Assembly (NCBI GenBank): GCA_963754925.1
Contig: CAVWHX010000004.1
Location: 768,001 to 832,000 of the forward strand
DNA: 64,000 bases
Direction: 5' to 3'
Source: an uncultured delta proteobacterium
GTDB lineage: Bacteria > Myxococcota > B64-G9
The position numbers and the translations under genes were made by a program. Every line of letters begins with the position of its first letter. Positions within the stretch are counted from its first letter, which is position 1. The notes under the pieces are model-generated. The model searched no databases and had not been told where the DNA came from. It saw only the letters and a program-made list of their open reading frames with translations. This document shows, one piece after another, positions 22,040-31,710 of the stretch.

Positions 22040-22546
22040 TCACGGCAACTTGGGGTGAGCGGTATCTGACGCTGCCGGCGCTTTACCCACTGCTGGTAGG
22101 GCTGTTGGCTCTTTTGGTTGCGCACTTGGCTTAGAGTCTGGTGCGTTTGCGGCATGAGAAGCTTCGGGGATGGTTGCCGGCTGTTCGGCCGGCGTAGCGC
22201 TGGCTTCCGCCGCCGCAGAACCCGCATCAGATGCTTTACCGGCCGTCGATTCTTTTTGCGGCTCGGGAGCGATCCCCGATTCCTTGTCTGCAGGAGTCTC
22301 TTCCGTGAGAGCCGAACGCCCGCTTACCGAGAAAGAAGCCAACGCGATTGAGAGCGACATAAACAACACCGCCATAACTGCCGTTATCTTCTGGAGCGGC
22401 GTGGACTTTCCTCGAGAGCCAAAAAGGGTTTGAGCTGAACCGCCAAAGGCCGCGCCCATGCCCGAGCCTTTACCGGTCTGCAGCAACACCACCAGTATTA
22501 AAAAAATCGACACAAAAACATGCATAATAACTAACAACGTGTACAT
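22040..22546 (-). CDS. secG: Preprotein translocase subunit SecG with Ala/Pro-rich C-terminal tail
   Basis: LVVLLQTGKGSGMGAAFGG...LFGSRG...LQKIT; ATG 22546 after GGGAG; follows tpiA. Confidence 0.92.
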   Translation of the reverse strand: MYTLLVIMHVFVSIFLILVVLLQTGKGSGMGAAFGGSAQTLFGSRGKSTPLQKITAVMAVLFMSLSIALASFSVSGRSALTEETPADKESGIAPEPQKESTAGKASDAGSAAAEASATPAEQPATIPEASHAANAPDSKPSAQPKEPTALPAVGKAPAASDTAHPKLP

Positions 22547-22565
22547 CGTTTTCACTCCCTCTGGT

Positions 22566-23321
22566 TTAGCCGCGGTACTTGACGATCCCGATAAAACTTG
22601 TGGCCTCAAGACTTGCGCCGCCTACCAAAGCGCCATCAATGTCAGGTTTGTCCATCAACTCTTTTATGTTGGAAGGCTTGACGCTGCCGCCATACTGAAT
22701 CCGAACCGTGTCTGCTACCGCTGATCCGTACAGATCCCTCAGAACGGTACGGAGGTGGCCATGCACCTCCTGGGCCTGGTCGGGAGTGGCGTTTTTCCCG
22801 GTGCCAATGGCCCAGACCGGTTCATAGGCGACCGTAACGTATTCCCTGTGGCCAGCCGACAAGCCTTTCAGGGCACCTCTGAGTTGGGTCTCCACGATGA
22901 CCATGGTTTTTCCAGCCTCGCGCTCGGAAAGGGTCTCGCCAATACAAGCGATCACCTGTAACCCGGCCCGCAACGCAGCATGGATCTTTTTATTGACGGT
23001 TTCATCCGTCTCGCCGAAATACCGTCGACGCTCGGAATGGCCGATGATCACGTGACTGCAACCGAGGTCGCGAATCAACTCCGGCGAGACCTCACCCGTA
23101 AAAGCTCCGGCCGCTTCCCAATGGCAATTTTGTGCCGCTACCTTAATTCGGCTCGCGTGCAGCTCTGATAACACCGCCGCAAGCGCGGTCAGGGGCGGTG
23201 CAACCAATACCTCGACGTCTTTGACAGCACCGATTTCTTTGTCCAAGACGCACACCAATTCACGCGCCTTGCCGACGGTCAAGTTCATCTTCCAGTTGCC
23301 AGCAATGAAAGGTGTTCTCAT
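22566..23321 (-). CDS. tpiA: Triosephosphate isomerase
   Basis: AGNWKMN, IGHSERR, AYEPVWAIGTG, YGGSVKP, LVGGASL. Confidence 0.98.
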   Translation of the reverse strand: MRTPFIAGNWKMNLTVGKARELVCVLDKEIGAVKDVEVLVAPPLTALAAVLSELHASRIKVAAQNCHWEAAGAFTGEVSPELIRDLGCSHVIIGHSERRRYFGETDETVNKKIHAALRAGLQVIACIGETLSEREAGKTMVIVETQLRGALKGLSAGHREYVTVAYEPVWAIGTGKNATPDQAQEVHGHLRTVLRDLYGSAVADTVRIQYGGSVKPSNIKELMDKPDIDGALVGGASLEATSFIGIVKYRG

Positions 23322-24499
23322 GCTTGCGATTCCAGGACCGCTATTCCGGGCAGGACCTTGCCCTCGACAAATTCGAGGCTCGCGCCGCCACCGGTTGAAA
23401 TATGGCTTACCTTGTTTGCCAAGCCGCTTTCTTGCAAGGCTGACACCGAATCGCCGCCGCCAACCACCGTCACCGCGCCGGAAGCGGCCAGCGCCTGAGC
23501 GATACCCATGGTGCCCGCGGCGAAGGCCGGCTTTTCAAACATGCCCATCGGACCATTCCAAAAGATGGTTTTGGCGCGTTTGATTTCGCTGACGAAGCTC
23601 TGCAGGGTAGCCGGACCGATATCGAGCCCCATTTTACCGGCGGGAATAGCTCCGGTGACCACGGTGCTTTCAGGTGAATCGGGGTTATCGGCCACCACAT
23701 GATCCTGGGGGAGTAAGAGCTTCACCCTGCGCTCCTTGGCCGTCTGCAAGATTTCTTTGGCCAACTTGATCTTGTCGGCCTCCACCAGCGACGTTCCCAC
23801 CTCGACATTCTGGGCCTTAAGGAACGTGAAAGCCATAGCGCCGCCGATAATGACGGCATCGGACTTGGTAAGAAGATTCGAAATAACCCCGATCTTATCT
23901 GACACCTTCGCCCCGCCGAGCACCGCTACAAACGGACGGGCCGGCTTACCCAGCAACTCGCCAAGAAACTTCAGCTCCTTACGAATCAAATAACCGATGC
24001 CCTTGTCCTTGAAATGTTTGACCATGCCGACGGTTGAGGCATGGGCTCGATGAGCGGTGCCAAAGGCGTCGGTCACATACACGTCGGCCAACTGCGCAAG
24101 CTTTTCAGAAAAGCCGGGATCGTTTGCCTCTTCCTCCTTGTGAAAACGGAGGTTCTCGAGCATCAGAACCTGCCCGTCGCGCATATCTGAAACGAGCTTT
24201 CGTACTCCATCACCGATGCAGTCGTCCGCGGCGATCACTTCGAGCTCAAGTAACTCGGCCAAGCGCGCCCCGACCGGCTCAAGCCGAAGATCCTCAACCA
24301 CCTTTCCCTTCGGTCGACCGAGGTGGGAAGCTAAAATTACCCGAGCGTTGCGTGAGACGGCGTGCTTGATGGTCGGCAGCGCCTCCCGAATGCGGGTATC
24401 ATCGGTGATCGTGTCGCCATCGAGCGGCACGTTGAAGTCCACCCGTATGAAGGTGCGTTTGCCGGTGATCGGGAGATCTTCAATGAATCTGATCGCCAT
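23318..24499 (-). CDS. pgk: Phosphoglycerate kinase
   Basis: RVDFNVP, SHLGRP, LENLRF, WNGPMG, STGGGASLE. Confidence 0.98.
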   Translation of the reverse strand: MAIRFIEDLPITGKRTFIRVDFNVPLDGDTITDDTRIREALPTIKHAVSRNARVILASHLGRPKGKVVEDLRLEPVGARLAELLELEVIAADDCIGDGVRKLVSDMRDGQVLMLENLRFHKEEEANDPGFSEKLAQLADVYVTDAFGTAHRAHASTVGMVKHFKDKGIGYLIRKELKFLGELLGKPARPFVAVLGGAKVSDKIGVISNLLTKSDAVIIGGAMAFTFLKAQNVEVGTSLVEADKIKLAKEILQTAKERRVKLLLPQDHVVADNPDSPESTVVTGAIPAGKMGLDIGPATLQSFVSEIKRAKTIFWNGPMGMFEKPAFAAGTMGIAQALAASGAVTVVGGGDSVSALQESGLANKVSHISTGGGASLEFVEGKVLPGIAVLESQA

Positions 24500-24505
24500 G
24501 GCTGT

Positions 24506-25516
24506 CTATCCTACAACGTGTTTGACCATATCGAGCATGCGGCTTGAAAAACCCCATTCGTTGTCGTACCAGGACAAGACTTTAACCATGTTGTCCTGCA
24601 TAACCATGGTCTGATCGGCATCGACGATCGACGAGCGCGGATCGCCGTTGAAGTCAATGCTCACCACCGGCTCCTCGGTATACCCCAGAATGCCCTTGAG
24701 CGCTCCTTCAGAGGCCTCTTTGAGAGACTTATTAACTTCCTCGCGAGTGGTTTTCTTCGAAACCATGGCCACCAGATCGACCAACGAAACATTCGGGGTC
24801 GGGACTCGAACGGCTAACCCGTTGAGTTTGCCTTTAAGCTCGGGCAGGACCTCGCCCACTGCTTTAGCCGCTCCGGTGGTGGTCGGAATCATCGAGAGCG
24901 TGGCGGCACGGGCCCGGCGCAAGTCCTTGTGCTCGAGATCCAATAACCGCTGATCATTCGTATACGAGTGGATGGTGGTCATGAGGCCATACTGGATTCC
25001 AAATTTTTCATGCAATACTTTTGCTACGGGGGCCAGGCAATTAGTGGTGCACGAGGCGTTTGAGAAGATGGTGTCTTTCTTGGCATCGAAGTTCTGATGG
25101 TTAACGCCAAAGACAAAGGGCCTGATGTCCTTGGATTTTGGCGGCGCCGAGAGAAGAACAAAACGCGCGCCGGCGGCTAAATGCTTTTCGTTTGATTCGC
25201 GATCGAGAAATTTGCCGGTGCACTCAAAAACCAGATCGACCCCTTTTTGTTTCCATGGCAACTGGGCGGGATCTTTGATCGCTGAGACGTCGATTCCCTT
25301 TCCATCAACGATAATGCTTTTATCGGTATGCTTGACCTCATGCTCGAATGTGCCATGCACGGAGTCGTATTTCAACAGGTGCGCAAGCGTCTTAGCCTCG
25401 GTAATATCGTTGATATGCACAATCTCGAAGGTCCCCTTTGGCTGATACTCGGCCACTAGTCTGGTGGCGCACCGACCAATACGCCCGAATCCGTTGATAG
25501 CAATCTTGATGGCCAT
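24506..25516 (-). CDS. gap: Glyceraldehyde-3-phosphate dehydrogenase (type I)
   Basis: INGFGRIGR, SNASCTTNCLAP, WYDNEWGFS. Confidence 0.98.
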   Translation of the reverse strand: MAIKIAINGFGRIGRCATRLVAEYQPKGTFEIVHINDITEAKTLAHLLKYDSVHGTFEHEVKHTDKSIIVDGKGIDVSAIKDPAQLPWKQKGVDLVFECTGKFLDRESNEKHLAAGARFVLLSAPPKSKDIRPFVFGVNHQNFDAKKDTIFSNASCTTNCLAPVAKVLHEKFGIQYGLMTTIHSYTNDQRLLDLEHKDLRRARAATLSMIPTTTGAAKAVGEVLPELKGKLNGLAVRVPTPNVSLVDLVAMVSKKTTREEVNKSLKEASEGALKGILGYTEEPVVSIDFNGDPRSSIVDADQTMVMQDNMVKVLSWYDNEWGFSSRMLDMVKHVVG

Positions 25517-25578
25517 GGCCCTGCCTCCTCGCTAAAACGGTTTAATTACAATCTCTTGTCCCTATGAAGGGCCAAAGC

Positions 25579-25607
25579 CTTCTACCCCAAGGCTTTAGGT
25601 ATGTCAA
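25579..25607 (-). promoter_or_regulatory. Sigma70-type promoter of gap operon
   Basis: TTGACA-17 nt-TAGAAG on the minus strand. Confidence 0.55.
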
Positions 25608-25688
25608 GGACATAGAGATTATCCCGCTATGGGCGTTTTGGAATTGATAGGCGCGATAATCGGATTTGCCGAGCGGATACCTACAGAT

Positions 25689-25907
25689 TTAGATCCTCCG
25701 AATAACTTCGAGAGGGGACCCGGCCAAAGATAAATAGGTGGGCTTTCGTCTCCGGGGCGAGAGTTTATCGGAGGTGTATTCTACCAATCCTTTAGAGAGC
25801 GCTAATATCTGGCTGTCGGAGTATCCGTTTTCTTTTAGCTGCGTAAACACACTGAGAATCATCGACGGCGAAACCGTATCCAATCGGCAAGGAGTTTCTT
25901 TTAACAT
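25689..25907 (-). CDS. Small hypothetical protein (72 aa)
   Basis: AGGAGA RBS before ATG; helical 'SVFTQLKENGYSDSQILALSKGLVE'; fills an otherwise empty gap. Confidence 0.55.
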   Translation of the reverse strand: MLKETPCRLDTVSPSMILSVFTQLKENGYSDSQILALSKGLVEYTSDKLSPRRRKPTYLSLAGSPLEVIRRI

Positions 25908-26082
25908 GTCTAATCTCCTCGGCTCGTTTCGGTTGAATCAAGTGGTAGCAATTCCTAAGCCATCTGGTAAAAAATATTATTAATAAAATAAATCAATTAG
26001 TTGACGTGAAGAATAGGACAAAATGAGTGCATAGCTTTTTACACAGTTCACACAGAAAGCGCGTATAATTTTTTTCACCACG

Positions 26083-27994
26083 TTGGTTCCGAACCTGACG
26101 ATGTCCGTAACGGTACCAATGATCCTAACCGCTGAAGGTTTGACAGTTTTTTTCAACCGGGATAACCTTATCGAGAGGTTTTTTGCACGAATGGATGAAA
26201 GTGTATCAAACCATATTATTACCTACTTCGATAAAGATGGGGTTAAGGGAGAGATTCGCTACGACGAGCTCCTTATTGAGATGGGTGAAGGCCGTTTGGT
26301 CCCCCTTTCCGTTTGCCTCCTTGAAGAACAAGAAAAGGTCAGCGAGTTTAAACGCAACGCCGATGCGCTGTCCAAATTGATACGCACGCTCAACCCAATT
26401 TATGATGAGATCGAGGCGAATCCGGCTGCGTATTACGCCCGAAAAAACGAACGAGCGCTTGAATTCAAAAACAAACTGCCCTTTGAAAAGCGTATCCAGC
26501 TGCATAATACCTATTATACCGTCAACAACACCCACGCCCGCATCTTGCGCGAGCTAACCACCTATATGCTCGCCGGAACCGAGGGCGACCACAGCGCCCA
26601 CTCAAATTCCCTGTTCCGATATGCCGTGAATTTCACCTGCCAAATGATGCGGCATGTACGGCGTAAATCGAAACGAGCCGCCGCCATGCATTCGATTGAG
26701 GCTGCGCGTGGGGCGGCTAAAAACGGCTTGAGCGACGAGACCATTATTGGCACCTTGCTCCATGACGTCATCGAAGAAAAACATGACACCTGGACCGAGG
26801 AGCTCATCAACCGCGAGCTCCAGGACCCGGGATATGGTGAGTGCTGCGGCAAGCACATGAAGGACGTGCCGGTTGCGTTGCGTCACCAAATCATCCATCG
26901 GTACCTAGACGCCTACAACGATCGCGCAGCGGGAATTTTCTTTCATACCGCGCTCACCCTCTACGATCATATCCGCCACTTTCCGATCCCGTCGCGGTAC
27001 TTTGAAACGCTCTATTCGATCATGGAGATTATTGCGGAAACTGTCGCGGACCCGTGATACTTCGTATTATTCGTATCTGCAAAACCTCCTGTACCCAAAA
27101 CCCGACGACGAACTCGACACCATCACCCGCTTCCGGCTGCAGGAGGAGATCGAAACCGATTTTCCAAATGCGGGACCGCTCCTCGACAGCTATCTGAACA
27201 GCGTTCACAACTTTTACCAGAGTTCGCTGGGTGAGCTCTCGTCCAAGGACGAAGCCCGCCGCAATTCCTTCCGTGAAATCTTGGCCAAGATCCTCGACCG
27301 CATGAACAACACCCGCGATGCTGAACGCGAGAAAGGTTTTTCTGTCCCCAAGCGGTTGTATGGCACCGGCTTTAAAAACATCTATATGCTCCAGGCGCTG
27401 GAGGACAAGTTTCGCCGGCCAAGTTTCAACACCGAGGAGCGCCGACTCATCGAGGTAAAGTTCATCAACAAACCCAAAGTGGCGGCACTCTACCAGATCC
27501 TCGAGGATATCGATTTTTTAGGGCACGAGTTCTTGGGCAGCGAACTCATCAAGTTTCTGGACGCTGAGCTCGATCGCTACAAAGCAACGCGGGCTTTCCG
27601 CCGGCTGACGCCACCCGGCTCTGGCGGGTATTTTGACGGACTCATCCACATTTTCAACGAGGTCACCCTTGGACGCAAAACCAATTTAGATATTCTTGAA
27701 CAACACCGCGACAAGCAGGCCGAGGTCCTGGTGGCTTTCAAGGCGATGCTTGAATCTTTTCTGGTCTATCCGGCCCTGATGCGTGAAGAGGTTATCAGAC
27801 GGGCAATTCGTAACCCGGTTGATTCTTCGTTTCGACCCTACCGAATCGAAGGAATGGGGCCCGGACTCGAATACCGCTCGAACATCCGCAAGGAAAATGC
27901 CGTTGACTTGCTCAATATTAACGACGATCCGACGCCGCGTGATTTAGAGACTGTAAGCTCACTTCGTGAGCTAACAGTCTCTTATCCCCGTTAG
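26083..27994 (+). CDS. Large RelA/SpoT(Mesh1)-type HD-domain protein, split by a +1 frameshift near 27036
   Basis: RRKS...H...ETIIGTLLHDVIEE in ORF 26083-27057 and LAKILDRMNNTRD in ORF 27002-27994. Span is 3n+1; removing one base joins them (...IIAKLSRTRD). Confidence 0.7.
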
Positions 27995-27998
27995 GGGA
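27944..27998 (+). mobile_element. 55-bp TTAG-hairpin-TATCCC-hairpin mini element inserted in the 3' end of the HD gene
   Basis: TTAG, stem AGAGACTGTAAGCTCAC/GTGAGCTAACAGTCTCT, then ATCCCC-GTTA-GGGGAT. TTAG recurs at 27999-28002. Excision restores the frame DLEFVPK. Confidence 0.7.
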
Positions 27999-28072
27999 TT
28001 AGAATTCGTTCCAAAGTAAGGTGAGCTTACAGTCTCTTATCCCCGTTAGGGGATTAGAATTCGTTCCAAAGT
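27966..28072. repeat. Tandem duplication of 52 bp (27966-28017 and 28021-28072, one mismatch)
   Basis: GTGAGCT(A/T)ACAGTCTCTTATCCCCGTTAGGGGATTAGAATTCGTTCCAAAGT occurs twice. Confidence 0.92.
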
Positions 28073-28083
28073 GTAGAAGTCGT

Positions 28084-30123
28084 TTATCTTCCCGATATCT
28101 CTTCTCGGGCCATAAGCTGCAATTGGAACGGCACATCGTATGCTTCGCCCTTGAAACTGGGAAACAACCAGTTTTTAATTTCTTTAATGAGGCATTCCTC
28201 AACGAAACTGCCCCGAAAATTCGGCGTATCAATCCTCACCGCTTCCACCGAGCCGCTCGGCTGCACCCGCGCTACGACGATCATTTTACCGGCGATCGAT
28301 GAGTCGCGTTGAAGCTGGCGCTGCTGGCAGCTTTTTACTTGAGCGTAGTACTTCTGAATGACCTGGTGGATCTGGAGATCGGTAAGCTTCTCGGGACCGG
28401 TTAGCCTACCCGGTGGCAGCGGGGCGGCCTCGACTTTTTTGCCTCGTAACTCGTCTATCTTCATGTCGGTAGCCAGGGAAACATCGGGAGCGGTGGCGGT
28501 TCCCAGGTCCCCCTTCTGAACCCGAGGCTTGGAGCGCTGGTGATCCTCTCCGACGCCGATATCAAACACATTTTGGCCATTCTCTGGGGGCACCAAACCG
28601 CGCATGATTGTTGCCGACAACGGCTTGGGCAACTCGGGCGATGGCTTTGCACCCAGGGAGGGTTGGGACTCCTCTCCTTCCAAGAGGATTCTAATCTTCT
28701 TGGTATCTTCTAAGCCGGTGCCATTGTTCTTGGTAGCCTGATCCCCTTTGGCTACGGAAAGTTCTTCATCAGACTTAATCGAAACGAGTTGGTGGTTATT
28801 GAAAAAATCTTTTCTCAGCACCAGCGCGAGCACCACGCCAGCCACCATAACTACAAACAACACCCCGATCAAAGCCATGCTTATGCGTCGACCGGTGGAA
28901 TGGACGCCCGCGTACCGAATGATGGCGGAATCAGACGATGATGGATGCTCAGCCTCGGCGAAAGGCGGGATTGAGTCGGCGTGTTCTTCATGCAACGACT
29001 CGGCATAAAGCTCCGTCGCGACCTGCCCTGCATCCACCGTCGGTGAAGGCGGAAGCAATTCGCTCGGCGGCGCGCGGGTCTCTCCTGATTCGAAGAAGCG
29101 TTCGCTGGCCTGTCGGAGGCTATGCTCGCCGGTGCTTATCTCTCGTGTGGTTGAGACGGCAGCGACGGGCGCTTCGGCCAGTTCGTCTCTGAGTGACGCA
29201 ATTCTATCCGCCAAGAAATCTTCCGCCGGCGCCTGGGCTTGAGGACGTTTCTGCTCTGCTCGCTTTTGTTTCTGATCGTCCGCAACCGCTTTCTCGATGC
29301 GATCGCGTTTCGGTTCTCCGGCTGATGGTAACCGATGGTCATCTTTGGTTTGCGGCAACGGTTCTTCAAACCATTCAGCCCTGCTCGATGGAGCCAGCTT
29401 TCTCGGCTCATCAATGATCGCATCGGTCGCGCTTGGTTCTTGGGTATCGCGTGTTTCGGAGGGTATTATCTTTTCAGCCGCAGCTTTTTGAGGAGGGAGC
29501 CCATGTTGTAAAAACGCTATTAGACCGAAGGTCTTTTCAACGGAGGTCCAGTCATCCATCCCCTCTCGCCAGACGAAATGATCCCTGGTGATCGAGCCAA
29601 CACGAATTCGCTCTTCCATCTCCAGCGATGTAAAAGGTCCTTCCTCGGTGCCATCTAACCCGTAGTACCAAACTGGTGTTCGCGGAGCTAGCTCACTGGG
29701 TGCGTGTTCATCGTCTTGTTCAATCGGTCCGGTCCGCTGTTGCCCGGACTCGTAAAGACCCCTAAAGGCTTGGTTAAATTCCTGGCTAGGGCCAGCCTCG
29801 GGCTGTATACCCTGTCCATCGGTTTGGCTGGACGCTGGTTCATCGGAAGTGAACTCATCGGATGGGAGTGCCACGGATTGTGGCAACGCGGGTTCGGGCG
29901 CGAGGGATACCGGCAACTCAGATTTAGCTACTGCGGATGAAGCCACCGCGGACGTGGTTAGTCCGGCTTTGGGTGTTTCAATCGGGGGTACCGATAGCCG
30001 TCCAGCGTCACGCACGACCATAACCTGGCCGCAGTGTTTGCAGCGAATCTTGACGACCTTACCGCGGATCTTTTCATCCGCAATGGCGTACTTAGCATTA
30101 CATTTTTTGCAAGAAAATCGCAT
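28084..30123 (-). CDS. GltJ/AgmX-like protein: Zn ribbon + GYF_2 + TM + TonB-like C-terminal domain
   Basis: CKKCNAKYAIADEKIRGKVVKIRCKHC; WYY...EGPF...FVWREGMDDW; single TM; C-terminal 'QVKSC...GSV...EECLIKEIKNWLFP'. Confidence 0.8.
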   Translation of the reverse strand: MRFSCKKCNAKYAIADEKIRGKVVKIRCKHCGQVMVVRDAGRLSVPPIETPKAGLTTSAVASSAVAKSELPVSLAPEPALPQSVALPSDEFTSDEPASSQTDGQGIQPEAGPSQEFNQAFRGLYESGQQRTGPIEQDDEHAPSELAPRTPVWYYGLDGTEEGPFTSLEMEERIRVGSITRDHFVWREGMDDWTSVEKTFGLIAFLQHGLPPQKAAAEKIIPSETRDTQEPSATDAIIDEPRKLAPSSRAEWFEEPLPQTKDDHRLPSAGEPKRDRIEKAVADDQKQKRAEQKRPQAQAPAEDFLADRIASLRDELAEAPVAAVSTTREISTGEHSLRQASERFFESGETRAPPSELLPPSPTVDAGQVATELYAESLHEEHADSIPPFAEAEHPSSSDSAIIRYAGVHSTGRRISMALIGVLFVVMVAGVVLALVLRKDFFNNHQLVSIKSDEELSVAKGDQATKNNGTGLEDTKKIRILLEGEESQPSLGAKPSPELPKPLSATIMRGLVPPENGQNVFDIGVGEDHQRSKPRVQKGDLGTATAPDVSLATDMKIDELRGKKVEAAPLPPGRLTGPEKLTDLQIHQVIQKYYAQVKSCQQRQLQRDSSIAGKMIVVARVQPSGSVEAVRIDTPNFRGSFVEECLIKEIKNWLFPSFKGEAYDVPFQLQLMAREEISGR

Positions 30124-30164
30124 CTATCCTCAATCAGCGGTTTGCGACCTCGTGCGTTGAGTGG

Positions 30165-31565
30165 TTACAGAAGCTTGAGAAGCTGCTCCTTGATCTGCTG
30201 GCGCAGCGGTCCTTCTGGGCTGCAGCGCAACGACCGCTCCCACATCTCAACCGCTTTATTCTTGAAGCCCTTCTTCTGGTACAGGATCGCAAGGTTGCGC
30301 AGCGGCGCGAATAGGTCTGGCTTGAGTTCGATCGTGTTCTCATATTCACGGATAGCATCGAACACCTGGTTCTTTGCGAGCAGCACGTTCGCCAATGCAT
30401 AATGAATGTTGGGGTTAAACGGATCAAGCCGACAGGCTTCGTTCAGAGCGTTCTGGGCCTCGTTGAAGTTCTTTTCTCGGTACAGCTGCATTGCCTTCTT
30501 ATAGTGCTGATCGGCTGTGTTGAGGTTAACCTGGGTGTCTGGCTTTGCCGGCCCCGCGTCGAGTAGCGTGTGTACCCGCCGCAACAAGGGCACCAATCGA
30601 AAAGGTTTTTCAAAATAATCGTCAGCGCCGTATGTCTCCTTGACATCCTGGGCATAGCGCCAGCCACGATAGACTGCGCTGATCATGATTACCGGAATCA
30701 TTCCGAAGCGCTTGCTGGTCTTGATCTTTTTGCATATCTCAAATCCGTGAATCTCGGGCAACATAGCGTCAAGCAGTACTAAATTTGGTTGCTTCTCTTT
30801 CACCAGCTGGAGCGCCTCCAAGCCACGGCTCGCACTGGTCACCCGATATCCTTCAACGGTGAGTGCCTTTTCCAGAAGCCGAACAATGTCCGGTTCGTCA
30901 TCCACCACCAATATCATCGGTGCGCCGCGCGGGGGCTCTGGTGTCGGCGTCTCAGAAGGAACCTCGGCATGAGTGCTCACCTCTATCGTTACCAGCTCCT
31001 CATCCGGAGCAACCTCGATGTCTGGCTTTGGCAACGCTTCTGAAATAACCGCAATGTTGCCCTGGGAATCCTCTCCGCCGGCTGGCCGGTCCGCGCGCGC
31101 TCCGCGGTAACACACGGCGTTCGGATCCCGTTTTAACAAATCGTAGGCCTCATGGATCACGGTCACCAGTCGTGTTTCGAGGGCAATATACGCCTCGACT
31201 TTTCTGCCGGTTACGAAGGTTACTTCATCGAGGGTTTGTTTGTCGTTGGGGTCGCCAACGGCTAAAAAAATGCGCTCCTCATCGACTTTCAATGGTAGAA
31301 TTTTTGCATCGATCGCCACACGCTCAGGAATAATTTTAAGTGCCGTGATGGGAATGACGGTGCGCGACAGATCGACCGCCGGGATACCCATCTGCTCGCC
31401 AAGAGCCCCCAGAAGATCTTCTTCCGATGCAGCACCGATATCTAAGAGGTTCGAGGCCAATCGCCCACCGCTTACGAGCTGGCGCTTGAGCGCTTGGCCA
31501 AGCTGTGACTGACTAATCTTCTTTTTCTCGAGCAAAATCTTGCCGATTTGCGTCTTCTGTGCCAC
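30165..31565 (-). CDS. Response regulator with N-terminal MshEN/GspE-N domain, REC domain and C-terminal TPR
   Basis: IGKILL...LGQALKRQ...RLASNLLDIG; ILVVDDEP...LLDAMLP...EKPF; TPR helices. Confidence 0.85.
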   Translation of the reverse strand: MAQKTQIGKILLEKKKISQSQLGQALKRQLVSGGRLASNLLDIGAASEEDLLGALGEQMGIPAVDLSRTVIPITALKIIPERVAIDAKILPLKVDEERIFLAVGDPNDKQTLDEVTFVTGRKVEAYIALETRLVTVIHEAYDLLKRDPNAVCYRGARADRPAGGEDSQGNIAVISEALPKPDIEVAPDEELVTIEVSTHAEVPSETPTPEPPRGAPMILVVDDEPDIVRLLEKALTVEGYRVTSASRGLEALQLVKEKQPNLVLLDAMLPEIHGFEICKKIKTSKRFGMIPVIMISAVYRGWRYAQDVKETYGADDYFEKPFRLVPLLRRVHTLLDAGPAKPDTQVNLNTADQHYKKAMQLYREKNFNEAQNALNEACRLDPFNPNIHYALANVLLAKNQVFDAIREYENTIELKPDLFAPLRNLAILYQKKGFKNKAVEMWERSLRCSPEGPLRQQIKEQLLKLL

Positions 31566-31710
31566 CGTCTCAACCTCCTCGGTGAATCTTCCCGACCGTT
31601 TCTATAAACTCGTGCGACTCTACCATTGGCCATCAAAGGGTTGCAAGAGAACCCGACGTGCCGCTACGGTTCTTGACTACCACAGCCATCCAGAATACGA
31701 GCCTCATCAA

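Noticed and set aside
18100..22040. tRNA-targeted integrative element or prophage
   Set aside because: No integrase, no duplicated tRNA 3' end and no phage genes.
27966..28072. Possible CRISPR array
   Set aside because: Only two 52-bp copies separated by 3 bp, with no spacers and no cas genes. Explained as a mini element plus local duplication.
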